Shown: positions 29,972 to 40,217, numbered from the stretch's first letter. The stretch is DNA of 64,000 nucleotides from Thermoanaerobaculia bacterium (GCA_963664405.1 OY761158.1:2752001-2816000), one strand, 5' to 3'. Numbers and translations are program-made. Notes: generated by a model not told the origin, from the letters alone.

Positions 29972-30507
29972 CGATGTTCGAGATCTCGACTCCGGGCATT
30001 ATCGCCGGCAGGTGGGAATGGTGCTGCAGGATCCTTACCTCTTTCATGGTGCTGTGGCCGACAATATTCGCTACGGAAACGCCGAGCGATGTCGTTGAAG
30101 CGGCCAAGGCCGCGAACGCCCACGACTTCATCTGCGAGCTGGAGCACGGTTACGACACCGTTGTCGGAGAGCGGGGTCACACCCTCTCGGGCGGCGAGCG
30201 GCAGCGTGTCTCGATCGCTCGAGCGATTCTCAGCGATCCTCGAATTCTCATTCTCGACGAAGCGACCTCCAGCGTCGACACGGAGACTGAGCGCAATATT
30301 CAGGAGGCGCTGGAGCGACTGACCGTGGGGCGTACCGTGATCGCTATCGCTCATCGTCTTTCGACCCTGCGGAGGGCGGATCGCCTCTTCGTTCTGGAGG
30401 ACGGTAAGGCCTCGGAGATGGGCACTCACGAGGAGCTGTTGGCAAATCCGGTAAGTACCTATCGACGGCTCTATGAAATGCAGCTGGAGCTGTCCCACGC
30501 CGTCTAG
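29972..30507 (+). pseudogene. ABC transporter ATPase C-terminal fragment
   Basis: [10 protein letters not shown] / [22 protein letters not shown]; Walker A and TM domain absent; frameshift near 30080. Confidence 0.8.
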
Positions 30508-30544
30508 GCGTTGACTGGATGCGGTGAATCAAGGGGGAGAAGTT

Positions 30545-31087
30545 ATGACCATACCTACAAAGACAGAGAGCACGCGAGTCGAAGACAGGCCTGTGCAGAC
30601 GGAGCCTGTCGAGGACCGTGCCTCCCAGCGCCTACGATTCGAGCAGCGGCAGGACGGCCAGCTGTGGGCCCTGCGCGGGGACGAGGCGAAGGCGGTTGTG
30701 GTAATGCGCTGCTTTCCGTGGTCGGAGCCGACCCGCTTTATCTCGCTTCGAGACGAGGACGAGAAAGAGCTCGCGCTTGTCGAGGATCCGAGCGAGCTCG
30801 ACCCGGGGTCTCGCGAGGCCCTGGAGCAGAGCTTGGCGACAGCCGGCTTCGTGCTCGAGATCGAGCACATCTTCAAATGTGAAGACGAGGTCGAGATTCG
30901 CAACTGGGAAGTGCTCACCTGTAACGGTCGTCGTCGCTTCCAGACGCGACTTGATGACTGGCCCCGCGAGCTTCCCGGAGGGGGTCTGTTGATCCGGGAC
31001 GTTGCCGGCGACCTGTTCCAGGTTCGGGAGCCGGAGCGGCTCGACAAGAAAAGCCGGGCCGTGCTGTGGGCGTTCTTGGACGACTAG
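30545..31087 (+). CDS. DUF1854 family protein
   Basis: RCFPWSEPTRFISL, WEVLTCNG, LLIRDVAGD; typical position after an ABC transporter. Confidence 0.75.
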   Translation: MTIPTKTESTRVEDRPVQTEPVEDRASQRLRFEQRQDGQLWALRGDEAKAVVVMRCFPWSEPTRFISLRDEDEKELALVEDPSELDPGSREALEQSLATAGFVLEIEHIFKCEDEVEIRNWEVLTCNGRRRFQTRLDDWPRELPGGGLLIRDVAGDLFQVREPERLDKKSRAVLWAFLDD

Positions 31088-31142
31088 ACCAGCGTTTCCA
31101 AAGTTCGAGATATGTGCGCGAACTTTGGAAACGCTGGTCTAG
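31084..31142. mobile_element. Internally deleted palindromic element, subfamily A (59 bp)
   Basis: 24 bp arms CTAGACCAGCGTTTCCAAAGTTCG identical to the 56100 copy; first TAG is the stop of DUF1854. Confidence 0.85.
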
Positions 31143-31177
31143 TATTACGGTCCACTAAACGATAACCCTGTGTCAGT

Positions 31178-33040
31178 TTAGGGGCAGGTGGCGAACGCGT
31201 CGGTGTCCTGAATCGGGACGAAAGCTCTTCCTAACGGGTTGGTGTAGGTCAGGATCATGCCTTCCTGGGTATCGGTGACCTCGATCTCGACCTCTACGTT
31301 GGTCAGACCGGCGGCAAAGACCCAGAAGTGGTTGAAGGTGGTATTGCAGGCGTCGAGCACCTTGACCACGATCTCGACGTTCTCGGCCTGGAAGAAGGAG
31401 TAGAAGCCGGTGTCGTCGGTCAGGGCTTGGGCGGCGCCGGTGCCGCTGTCCTGACTCGTTACGAAGCTCGACCTCACTCGAAACCGGTCTCCGTTGAGAC
31501 AGAGGGTACTGGCGTCTTCGACACAGACGCTGGGAGCTTCGAAGCTTACGGCTGGGTCGTTGGGGTCCGGCGGCGGCTCGGGCTCGGGCTCTGGCTCGGG
31601 CTCTGGGTCCGGGTCCGGGTCCGGTTCGGGGTCCGGCTCGGGCTCCCCCAGGACCTCCTTGATGAGCTCTCCATCTTCCTGGCTGACCATGACGGAGGGT
31701 ATGGTGATCGAAGGGTCCGTCCCGGCCATGGGGACCGGCGCGCCCGATTGATTGTTGACGACGAGGACTCCGACAGCGCCCGCGTTCTGGGCGTTCTTGA
31801 CCTTGACGGTGAAGTCGCAGGCGCCTCGATCCACTACTGCGATGGCACCGTTCAATTCACCGGAGTTGGTGAGCACGTTGCAGCCCTCACCGGGTGCCGC
31901 GCTTGCGTCGCTGACCGCAGTTAGATTTGCTTCGACGCCGCCCAGGGTCAAGCTCGGACCAAACTGCGCGGTCGTTACTTCGTACTTGCCGGCGATACTC
32001 GGGGGCGAGTCCAGGCTGAGCCTGGGCGACGGGGGGAGTAGGTCTGCCGCAGCGGCGTTGGCCATGGCGCCGTCCCAGACCAAATTGCCCGAGTTGATCG
32101 CCGAGGCCACCCGCTCAGGGGCGGTCATCTGGTGCCAGAGCAGACCGATCGTGTTGTCGCGAATGTGGCGGCTGAAGATATCGGTCAGCCCGAGCGCGTT
32201 CTGGCCGGTGGTCTCATTGACGAGACTGACGAAGCCAAGGCCGTGAGCGAGCTCGTGGAGTGCAACGTTGACGAACCCGATCTGACCCTGCGGAGTTCCA
32301 CCCGCGAGACCGTAGTAGAAGCGGGATCCTGCTCCCAAGCACTGGTTGTCGATCGCATCGTTGAAGGTCAATTGGGCCTCGCCTGCGTCAGGGTCCGGCA
32401 GGTCCTCCAGGCTGAGATTCTGACCGCTCAAGGCCTCCGCCAGTGCTCCGGGGTACCAAGTGTTTGAGAAACCGGCGCCGGCGAAGCTCTCGAAAATGAA
32501 CTGGGGGCCGGCCTGGGCGATGGTCGCTCCGCTCGGGTCGCAGGTCAGCGGGTCGAAGCTGACGTCGATGTTGATCTCTACATTACTGGCCAAGAAGCCG
32601 CCCCAGATGTCGGCGACGAGCTGGATGGCTGCACGGCGTTGATCCCCGAGGACGCCTGGCGCGTTGAAGCCCTCACCGGCACCATCCTGTATTCGGATAG
32701 TGACGTTCGAGCTCCCCGGCTTCCAACCGAGATCCCTGAAGTGGTCGAGAGTGAGGTCGATCTCGCCGGCTTGAGTACTTGGAGAAGCGAAGGGCTCCAT
32801 CAGCAGGTCCGGAGTCGGCAGTGGGTCCCAGTGAGAGACGGAAGATCCTGGCGAGACCGGGTTCGGTGCGTTAAGCCGCAGCCGGCCCATGGTGTCTGTG
32901 CCGATCGGGGATGTTGGATCGAGGCGGAGGCTGGCGCTGACCTCTGCGCTCCGTGAAGGTCCCGCTGTGAGAGCAACCAGCAGCAGCGCAGCGGCAGGTG
33001 TGCCCGCCTTTCGGAGGCGCCGATCGAGGTTGGAGATCAC
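31178..33040 (-). CDS. Secreted PA-domain zinc metallopeptidase with Pro/Glu/Asp linker and C-terminal disulfide domain
   Basis: HELAHGLGF; VDRGACDFTVKVKNAQNAGA PA domain; (PE/PD)n linker; signal peptide. Confidence 0.85.
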   Translation of the reverse strand: MISNLDRRLRKAGTPAAALLLVALTAGPSRSAEVSASLRLDPTSPIGTDTMGRLRLNAPNPVSPGSSVSHWDPLPTPDLLMEPFASPSTQAGEIDLTLDHFRDLGWKPGSSNVTIRIQDGAGEGFNAPGVLGDQRRAAIQLVADIWGGFLASNVEINIDVSFDPLTCDPSGATIAQAGPQFIFESFAGAGFSNTWYPGALAEALSGQNLSLEDLPDPDAGEAQLTFNDAIDNQCLGAGSRFYYGLAGGTPQGQIGFVNVALHELAHGLGFVSLVNETTGQNALGLTDIFSRHIRDNTIGLLWHQMTAPERVASAINSGNLVWDGAMANAAAADLLPPSPRLSLDSPPSIAGKYEVTTAQFGPSLTLGGVEANLTAVSDASAAPGEGCNVLTNSGELNGAIAVVDRGACDFTVKVKNAQNAGAVGVLVVNNQSGAPVPMAGTDPSITIPSVMVSQEDGELIKEVLGEPEPDPEPDPDPDPEPEPEPEPEPPPDPNDPAVSFEAPSVCVEDASTLCLNGDRFRVRSSFVTSQDSGTGAAQALTDDTGFYSFFQAENVEIVVKVLDACNTTFNHFWVFAAGLTNVEVEIEVTDTQEGMILTYTNPLGRAFVPIQDTDAFATCP

Positions 33041-33044
33041 GGCT

Positions 33045-33542
33045 CTACTTCTTCGCTGCGGAGGTGGAGGTGACGGGTGCCGAGCTAGCGGCGTGCGTAT
33101 GCGCGGCATCTGAGCTGCTTCCGCTCGGGCTGACACAGGTCATCTCCCAGCTTCCGTCCTTCGTCACCCGCAGTCCGGTTGCGCTGTGGAAGCGACCCTG
33201 AAGAAAGACCCCTCGACCGCCGCCGGGCAGAGGAAAGGGCCGCAGGCCCTCGGTCGAGCGGCTGAACAAGGCCGAGCTTGCCTCGAGCAGACGCCCGACC
33301 TGGTCGGGACTCGGGTTGGAAGTGAGCTCGCCGGTGACAGGGTCGATGAATGCGCGTAGCCCGAGACTTCCGTTCTTGCCTGCATCGGCGTCTCCGGGTC
33401 CGGAAAGCGTGCTCGATCCGTCCTCTGGGGGTGACGAGCTCGTCTCTTCCGCCGAGGCGAGTAGGACGCCGCTGACGAGGATGAGGGCAAAGGCGAGCGC
33501 AGGGGCGCCCCTGGATAGGGAGTGAGATCGGCGACTATTCAT
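33045..33542 (-). CDS. Small secreted protein (post-PEP-CTERM-1-like)
   Basis: GLRAFIDPVTGEL...SRSTEGL...VFLQGRF; AGAGGAG RBS. Confidence 0.65.
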   Translation of the reverse strand: MNSRRSHSLSRGAPALAFALILVSGVLLASAEETSSSPPEDGSSTLSGPGDADAGKNGSLGLRAFIDPVTGELTSNPSPDQVGRLLEASSALFSRSTEGLRPFPLPGGGRGVFLQGRFHSATGLRVTKDGSWEMTCVSPSGSSSDAAHTHAASSAPVTSTSAAKK

Positions 33543-33933
33543 AGGTGTGACTCCTCTTTCTTTGGTACTCACGAGCCAGCGACGCAGGATGTCTCCGCAA
33601 AGACCGGGCCAGGGCGGAGCGGGTTGGTCGCTGCAGCATCTTTTTCGAGGGGTTTCGGCAATCAGGGCGTCCAATATGAAGACGGGCGAGTTTCGCGAGG
33701 TCGCTCGTGACCGCGATTACGTTAGCAGTAGGAAAACCAAGGAAGAGACCATTGACGTACTCATCCAGGGCACATACGAGCCTCAGCTCAGCCGTAGCCT
33801 CATGCTTCTCGAAGTCGGTGGCTTTGAGGTGGGGTTACAACAAGGGGTCCGGAACAGAGTACGCTTTCACCTTCGATACGCCGTTTCATGTCTTTGAAGA
33901 ATCAGGGTCGCTCGCTCGCCAACAGAGGTAGCG

Positions 33934-34686
33934 ATGATGCGAGAGTCGATTGGAGAGACACCAAACGCCCGCGTAGAGAGTACATTCTTGCCGCCAGGCA
34001 TTAGGCGGCGGCCGAAAGAGATCAAGGAGTCTCGGGTGAGAGCAGTGCCAAGCGCCCCGATCGACACGGATGCACGAGAGAAGGCCCTGGTCGCGCGCAT
34101 GCGCCAGGGCGATGAACGTGCTTACGACGAGTTTTCTGACGTCTATATCCCGGGTCTCTATCGATTCGCGTTCGGCCGACTGGGCCGGGACCGAGAGCTG
34201 ACTCGGGAGATCGTACAGAACACGGTCTGCAAGGTCGTCGCCAAGCTCGACACCTATCGGGGAGAAGCGCCGCTGCGCACTTGGCTGTGCGCGTGTTGTC
34301 GCAACGAGATCGCGGGCCACTACAGGCGGAAGTCTTCTCGTCCGATGGAAGTCGAGCTCGAGCCAACGAGCAACTCGCCTGTGATGCGATCGGCCGATCC
34401 CGATCCAGAGGCCCAGTATCTCACCTCGGAGACTGCCGATATGGTCCATCTGGCCCTAGACGACCTCCCAGCCCGCTACTCTCGGGCTTTGCACTGGAAG
34501 TACCTCGATGGTCTCTCGGCCCGCGAGATTGCCGCACGTCTCGAGCTCAGCACTAAGGGGGCCGAGTCGCTCCTAGCGCGAGCTAGGGGCGCTTTCCGAA
34601 CGGCCCATGAGAGGCTGACACGGGCGCCCGGACCAGCCTCAGTTTTCACCAACACGCCTAGTCTTACAGGGATGAGCAAGTCATGA
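33934..34686 (+). CDS. ECF RNA polymerase sigma factor
   Basis: Region 2 (YRGEAPLRTWL) and region 4 (LSAREIAARLELSTKGAESLLARAR); start uncertain. Confidence 0.88.
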   Translation: MMRESIGETPNARVESTFLPPGIRRRPKEIKESRVRAVPSAPIDTDAREKALVARMRQGDERAYDEFSDVYIPGLYRFAFGRLGRDRELTREIVQNTVCKVVAKLDTYRGEAPLRTWLCACCRNEIAGHYRRKSSRPMEVELEPTSNSPVMRSADPDPEAQYLTSETADMVHLALDDLPARYSRALHWKYLDGLSAREIAARLELSTKGAESLLARARGAFRTAHERLTRAPGPASVFTNTPSLTGMSKS

Positions 34687-35729
34687 CGAACCCACCCATC
34701 AAAAGCTCACAATACGGCGAGCCACCGAATGACGACGAGGTCGCAAGGCTGATCCGCATGGCCGGACGGCCCGCGGTGCCACCTCTTGACGATATGACCG
34801 CGATCAAAGCCGCGGGGCGAGCGGAGTTCCGGCGGCGCTGGGTCCGCAAGCGCTAGCCCAGCCGAGTTACGATCTCGCTGGCGCTCGCCGCAGCTTTGGG
34901 TTTCGCGGCGCTGGGACTCATTCTGTGGCGGAGCACCCCCGAGGTAGCCCCCTTCCCGGCCGCTAGGGTGGCGTCGGTGGAGGTAGTGGAGGGAGACGTT
35001 ACTCTGCTTCGTAGCGGGGGGGCCTCCGGCACTTGGGCTCTGGAGCCTGAGGGTGTCGTTGTCGCCGGCGACCGTATCGAAACCGCGCCTTCAGCGGGTC
35101 ACACTGCTCTACTCATGGACGACGGAGTCTCCTTGCGGCTCGACGGCGGAGCCCGAGTCGTATTTGTCGATGCCGACACGGTCGATCTCGTTGAAGGGGC
35201 TCTGTATGTGGACGCTGCGCCGTCAGCCGAGGTTGCTTCCGTGCTGCGTATTCGCACACCTCTGGGTGTGGTGCAGCACGTGGGCACCCAGTTCGAGGTG
35301 CGTTTCACCGAAGGGGAAGAAGGGAGCTTGCGCGTTCGGGTACGAGAAGGTCGTGTTCTCGTTGCCCGAGAAGATCAGACCCTCTCTCTCGAGTCCGGCG
35401 AAGAGCTTGCGGTGGCCGACGATGGGGCCGTTGTCCGCGGCGAGATTTCGACCCACGGTGCCGCCTGGGACTGGGTCTTGGAAACGGCGCCGCCCTTCGA
35501 GATCGAGGGCCAGTCGCTGCAAGTCTACCTAGACTGGTTGGCTCGGGAGACAGGCTGGGAGATCGTGCTCGCCGAAGGCGCGCTCGACAGGCCGACCGAT
35601 GAGGTCATGATGGCCGGTCCGGTTCTCCACGTTCGACCCGACGAAACGCTCAAAGTTGTATTGCCTGGTGTGGACCTCGCCCATCGCTTCGTCGAGGGTC
35701 GCCTGATCCTCGAGCATCTGATCCCCTAG
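34683..35729 (+). pseudogene. FecR-family anti-sigma factor with a single in-frame TAG at 34854-34856
   Basis: ATGA overlap with the sigma gene; frame continues after TAG into the TM helix and FecR domain (GTQFEVR, VREGRV). Confidence 0.75.
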
Positions 35730-35892
35730 TGCCGTGTCTCCGACATGGCTTACCAATATCTCGGCCCCTTTAGCCCGCTGCCGTCGTCGCGACTCGTCGA
35801 CATATTCCCAATATGCCTGCCTCGTCGCTCCTTGACAGCGAACAAAATGGCCTCGAGCTCTTGGCAAGCCATGTCGGAGACACAACACCTAG
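35726..35892 (-). mobile_element. Palindromic element, subfamily B (167 bp, CTAG-flanked)
   Basis: Arms GTGTCTCCGACATGGCTT / AAGCCATGTCGGAGACAC; core homologous to subfamily A; sits between two convergent TAG stops. Confidence 0.85.
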
Positions 35893-38567
35893 AACTCCCA
35901 GGTCACACCTAGAGAGGGGAAGATGCCGGGCCATGCGTCCTCGAGTACGATGAGCACTTGCTCGTCCTCGTCGACCTCGATGTCGAACCCGGCGACGTTT
36001 TCGCGATCGTAGAGATTCTGCGCGTCGAGGAAGAAAGTGATCGAGCCTCGTCGAGTCGACCAACGTCGGCTGGCACGGAAGTCGAGTCGGTGGTATTCGG
36101 GCAGCCTCAGGCTATTCAGGGGACCGAGCGCTAGACGGAAGGTGTCCTCGCCGTCCGGGTCTTCTTCGACAACCAGACTTATGGGTGTAGTCGGCCAACC
36201 GGTGTGGTATCGCCAGGCGAAGTTTAGATTCCAATTGTCATTGGGGCGGAAATTGAGATCGAGATTGAGAGCATGGGTCTGGTCGATCTCTCGTCTGATG
36301 GTCTCTGCATCGATTCTGTCCTCGGTGTTGGCATAGGCGTAGTTTGCCCACCAGCCCACGCGGGGGCCGAAACGGCCGCGCAAGTAGACCTCGACTCCCT
36401 CTGCACTACTGCTCTCCGGAACGATGCGAAAGCGGTCGGGCTCCGCCTCTGGAAAGATATTGATGGCCTCGAAGAGATTCTCATAGCGAGGTCTGGGGTC
36501 CGAGATCGTTTTGCTGTAGGCCTCGACGCGGAGAGCGAGAGGGTAGACCGGCGAGTCGCCTCGAAACGTGTGCTCGAAGCCAACCACCACCTGTTCGGAG
36601 CGCTCAGCCTTGTGAAACTCGGTCTCGCCGTCGGCGACCTGTAGCTCATAGGCACGCTGGCTCTGGAAGAAATGGCCCCAGCCGATGCGCAACGCGCTGG
36701 TGGCGCCCGTTGCCAGGGCCATATTGATACGTGGGCTGAGCAGCTCGTCGTCGGTAAGCGAGTGCTGGTCGTAGCGAAGCCCGAGGGCGAGGGTGAGAGG
36801 CTCTACGACTCTCACCTGGTCGGTGAGGAACCCTCCGTAGTAGTCGTCGCGAAAGCTTGCGACGAAGCGTTCGACCCCGTCGGGAGGCTCGCCTTCGATG
36901 GGCACGATGGGGGCGCTGAATTCCCGAGTATTGAAGTAATCGTAGTCGGAATCGAAGCGTCGTCCTTCGAGACCCCACAGAAGAAAATTCGACGCTCCCG
37001 CCTGGAGATTCCAAGATTGAAGAATGCCGAAGACGTCCATTCGACGAATGTCTGCGATCTCGAGTAATTGCCCTACGTCGTTCTCGACCCCGGTTCGGTC
37101 GCGGTCGATGGCGCTGGTCGAGAGGACCGTATCGATGTAGAGAACATCGGAGAGTACCGACTGATGGGTTCCCCACAGATAGGCATTGCTGTAATCGGTG
37201 TCGAAGAGCTTGGTCTCGCCGTCGATATCCTCGGTCAGGTTGAGTTTGTCTTGGGCCTGTAGGGCGCTGAGCCTCAACGAGTTCGCTGGGGACACTCGGT
37301 AGTCGAGCTTGCCGAAGGCGTCCCAGAACTCAGGGTCTTCGCCGCCGAAGACCCGGCTTGCCAGGTCGACCGACCCCCGCCGCAGCGAGGCGAGCCAGTT
37401 GGCTCGTTCTTGGTCGAAGGTCCCAGAGCTCCCGAACTGAGCCGTGAGGATGCTTAGACCGACCGAGTACTGCCGACCGCTGTCAGCGATTGTTGTTGTC
37501 AGATCGAGGACCCCGCTCATGCGATCTCCGTATTCGGCCTGGTAGGCACCGGTGGAGAGTGCCATGCTCTGGAGGCCGGAGTCGGCAACGATGCTGAGCC
37601 CGTCGTCGAAGTCCTTGAGGTGGTAGGCGTCGTAGAGCTCCTGGCCATCGAGAAGGATCTGTACTTCGTCGCGACGGCCCCCTCGGACGTGAAAGCCTGC
37701 CGAGACATCGTTGCCGGTGGTACCGGGCATGAGCGTGATCGCACGAAAGAAGTCGCCGCCGAGGTGAGGCAGCGCAAGCATGTCGTCGCGGCTCAATGCC
37801 AAGGGGGCTGCCGGCTCTTCGAGCAGAAGAGAGATTCTGCTCGGGCTGACGACGATCTCGTCGCTACTGAGAGGTGTCGGTTGCAGAGTGATCGAGATCT
37901 CATGATGGGTACCGGTGGCGATCACCAAACTCTGTCGCTGCTCGACGACGAAGCCTGGATGCCGGGCCTCGAGGGTATAGGTGCCGGCCGCCAGGCTGTC
38001 GATCTCGAACCGGCCATCCTCGTCAGTCCGGCGCTCGTCGCCCGATTCCAGGACTCGAACAAACGCCCCGACCACGGGACCGAGGCCGCGCCGGGAGCGA
38101 ACCGAGCCGGAGAGACTTGCTGGAGTGCTCGCCGCCACTTTGGCCAGGCGGATGACCGTGAGGGTGCCTCCGGGCCCGGCCTGGAGGCCTAGACCGTGCG
38201 CGCGCAAGAGCTCTTCGGCGAGGTCGCGCACGTCTGTTGCCCTGGGCTCTGCGGTGACCTCGAGATCGGGTGAGACGATCAGATCGCTCCAAAGGAGGTC
38301 GAGGCCCGCGTCTCGCAGCTCGGCGAGGACAGCGCTCAGGCGTCGACCGCTGTAGGTCGCCGTCGCGGAGTCTGCGTCAGGGTCCTGTGATGATTCTGAC
38401 CGTGCCCAGCTCGAGCCGCCAGGCGCGGTCAGACCCAGGCAGGTGACCAGCAGCACAGCCGTCATCAAGGGGCGGCTCGAGGTCGATTTGCCGGCTCCGC
38501 CCCCAGAGCTCTCCCCTAGTCGCTGGGTGCCGCGAGTTGATCTGTCAAAGGGTGCTGTCGCTGCCAT
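35889..38567 (-). CDS. TonB-dependent receptor with N-terminal signalling extension and carboxypeptidase-like domain
   Basis: Plug motifs VRGG..DE, GAYQAEYGDRMSGV, GLRYD; C-terminal WEF. Confidence 0.9.
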   Translation of the reverse strand: MAATAPFDRSTRGTQRLGESSGGGAGKSTSSRPLMTAVLLVTCLGLTAPGGSSWARSESSQDPDADSATATYSGRRLSAVLAELRDAGLDLLWSDLIVSPDLEVTAEPRATDVRDLAEELLRAHGLGLQAGPGGTLTVIRLAKVAASTPASLSGSVRSRRGLGPVVGAFVRVLESGDERRTDEDGRFEIDSLAAGTYTLEARHPGFVVEQRQSLVIATGTHHEISITLQPTPLSSDEIVVSPSRISLLLEEPAAPLALSRDDMLALPHLGGDFFRAITLMPGTTGNDVSAGFHVRGGRRDEVQILLDGQELYDAYHLKDFDDGLSIVADSGLQSMALSTGAYQAEYGDRMSGVLDLTTTIADSGRQYSVGLSILTAQFGSSGTFDQERANWLASLRRGSVDLASRVFGGEDPEFWDAFGKLDYRVSPANSLRLSALQAQDKLNLTEDIDGETKLFDTDYSNAYLWGTHQSVLSDVLYIDTVLSTSAIDRDRTGVENDVGQLLEIADIRRMDVFGILQSWNLQAGASNFLLWGLEGRRFDSDYDYFNTREFSAPIVPIEGEPPDGVERFVASFRDDYYGGFLTDQVRVVEPLTLALGLRYDQHSLTDDELLSPRINMALATGATSALRIGWGHFFQSQRAYELQVADGETEFHKAERSEQVVVGFEHTFRGDSPVYPLALRVEAYSKTISDPRPRYENLFEAINIFPEAEPDRFRIVPESSSAEGVEVYLRGRFGPRVGWWANYAYANTEDRIDAETIRREIDQTHALNLDLNFRPNDNWNLNFAWRYHTGWPTTPISLVVEEDPDGEDTFRLALGPLNSLRLPEYHRLDFRASRRWSTRRGSITFFLDAQNLYDRENVAGFDIEVDEDEQVLIVLEDAWPGIFPSLGVTWEF

Positions 38568-38616
38568 CGCGTAAGGGTCGAGGCATAGCCGACCCAGAGC
38601 AGAATACCAGTCGGGA

Positions 38617-38901
38617 TCAGTCGAGATCGAAGATCTGATGGAAGCCTGCCATCTCGAAGATCTCCCGGATGTGGGTGTTCATGTTGGCGATACGTAGCCG
38701 GTGTCCGGTTCCCATGAGTCGCTTCTGCGCGGCGAGGAGCACTCCCAAGCCGGCACTCGAGATGTACTGCAACTCCCTGAAGTCGATCGTCCCGGACTCT
38801 GAAAGGTGGTCCAGAACCTCTCGGGCCTTACCCTCCTGGGATGCGTCAAGGCGACCCTTGAGCTCGACGTCGCCATTGTCTTTACGGCTGATCTCAAACA
38901 T
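38617..38901 (-). CDS. STAS anti-sigma-factor antagonist (RsbV-like)
   Basis: LKGRLD, YISSAGLGVLL, IREIFEMAGF. Confidence 0.9.
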   Translation of the reverse strand: MFEISRKDNGDVELKGRLDASQEGKAREVLDHLSESGTIDFRELQYISSAGLGVLLAAQKRLMGTGHRLRIANMNTHIREIFEMAGFHQIFDLD

Positions 38902-39310
38902 TTTCGTGCTCCAAATACTTCGCTACCGAGATCGTCATCGTCCGGTTGCGATACTCGTAAGCGATCTTGTCGACCATCGACTTGACCAATTGCAGCCCGA
39001 GGCCACCTGGCTCCCGCTCTTCAACCGGGAGGCTGGTGTCTTTCTCGGGTGCGTTCGCGATGTCGAAGGGGTCGACATGCTCATCAACGAGGTCCAAGAG
39101 GAGTTGGGCTCCTCGGCGTCGGATCTCGATGCTGATGCCACCGCTGCCGATGTTGTACTTCACCATATTGGTGAAAAGCTCCTCGACGACGAAGTTGAAT
39201 GCGAACACGGGGCCCTCTCCCAGGTTTTCGCGTTGGAAGAACTCCGACAAGAAAGAGAAGATGTCTTCGAGGGACCCGATACTGCGAGCGAAAGTGCGCT
39301 TTTCGGACAT
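38894..39310 (-). CDS. RsbW-like anti-sigma kinase (HATPase_c)
   Basis: EELFTNMVKY, PFD, GGLGLQLV. Confidence 0.88.
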   Translation of the reverse strand: MSEKRTFARSIGSLEDIFSFLSEFFQRENLGEGPVFAFNFVVEELFTNMVKYNIGSGGISIEIRRRGAQLLLDLVDEHVDPFDIANAPEKDTSLPVEEREPGGLGLQLVKSMVDKIAYEYRNRTMTISVAKYLEHENV

Positions 39311-39725
39311 TCCGTGAAGCGCGACACTAGGTGAATCTCGCAACCAAGAGGGAGAAATCGTCTTCGAAAACGTCCTCCCGCATGACGTTCCGCACTGCCT
39401 GCTCGATCCGCTCAGGCTCACCGCTCTCCAACGCCGGGCCCGCGACCACCAGGTCGAGGAATTCGTCCATGCTCCACTCTTCGCCCGCTGTAGTCACGAC
39501 CTCGAAGGCTCCGTCGCTGTACACATACAAGCGGCTGCTGGGCTCGACAGTGATTTCGGCATCTTCGAAACTGAGATCTTCCATCAATCCGATCGCCATG
39601 TTGGGAGTACGCAGTCTCTGGTTCGATTTCTCACTCAGGAGCAGAGCCGAGGGGTGGCCGGCAGACGCGTAGAGGAGCTTACGGTCGCTCGAGTCGAAGA
39701 TGCCGTACCAGAGGGTGAAGTACAT

Positions 39726-39803
39726 CTTGGGTTCAAGGGGTCGTCGCAACGTTGCCTTGGTGAGCAGAGTGTACAAACTCATCGAAGACTTCGGCAGGGG
39801 TTC
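39726..39803 (-). mobile_element. Isolated IS30 right end (second copy)
   Basis: Near-identical to the segment starting at 40218. Confidence 0.85.
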
Positions 39804-40217
39804 TGAGCGGTCACGGTTTCGTGGACACCAAGTTAAGCCCCATCGGGGCAGTTCCTATTCTGCATCAGTTCGGGTAGTCAGCTTCGGACGAGGCTGTGCG
39901 AGGTTCGGGGAGCGCAGCCTCCCTTCGGATCCGACCGCCGGTCGCGCGTGAGTTCACGCTGCCCCTTCGAAGGCCTCGGGGCTCAGGAATCCGAGCGTCG
40001 AATGCTGGCGTCTCAGGTTGTAGAACACTTCGAGGTAAGAAACCGCTTCGTCGTGAGCTCGCTGACGAGTCTCGAAGGGTCGGTCCCAGACCTCGGTCTT
40101 GAGACTGTCGAAGAAGCTCTCCAAGACCGCATTGTCATAACAATTTCCGACGCCGGACATGCTGCAGCGAAACCGCAGCTCAGCCAGCCGATCCTGGTAA
40201 GCCTTCGAGGCGTACTG
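39804..40217 (-). mobile_element. IS3-family 3' remnant
   Basis: QYAS...SMSGVGNCYDNAVLESFF...YNLRRQHSTLGFLSP; terminus GTGTCCACGAAACCGTGACCGCTCA. Confidence 0.85.

Noticed and set aside
28497-30131. 544-aa kinase with a novel N-terminus
   Set aside because: The N-terminal part is the antisense of the ABC fragment across a junction.
31560-31650. Non-coding hexamer tandem repeat
   Set aside because: It encodes the (PE/PD)n linker of the peptidase.
34854-34856. Pyrrolysine read-through of the fecR TAG
   Set aside because: Not a methyltransferase, no pyl genes in the window, and the site is a variable linker.
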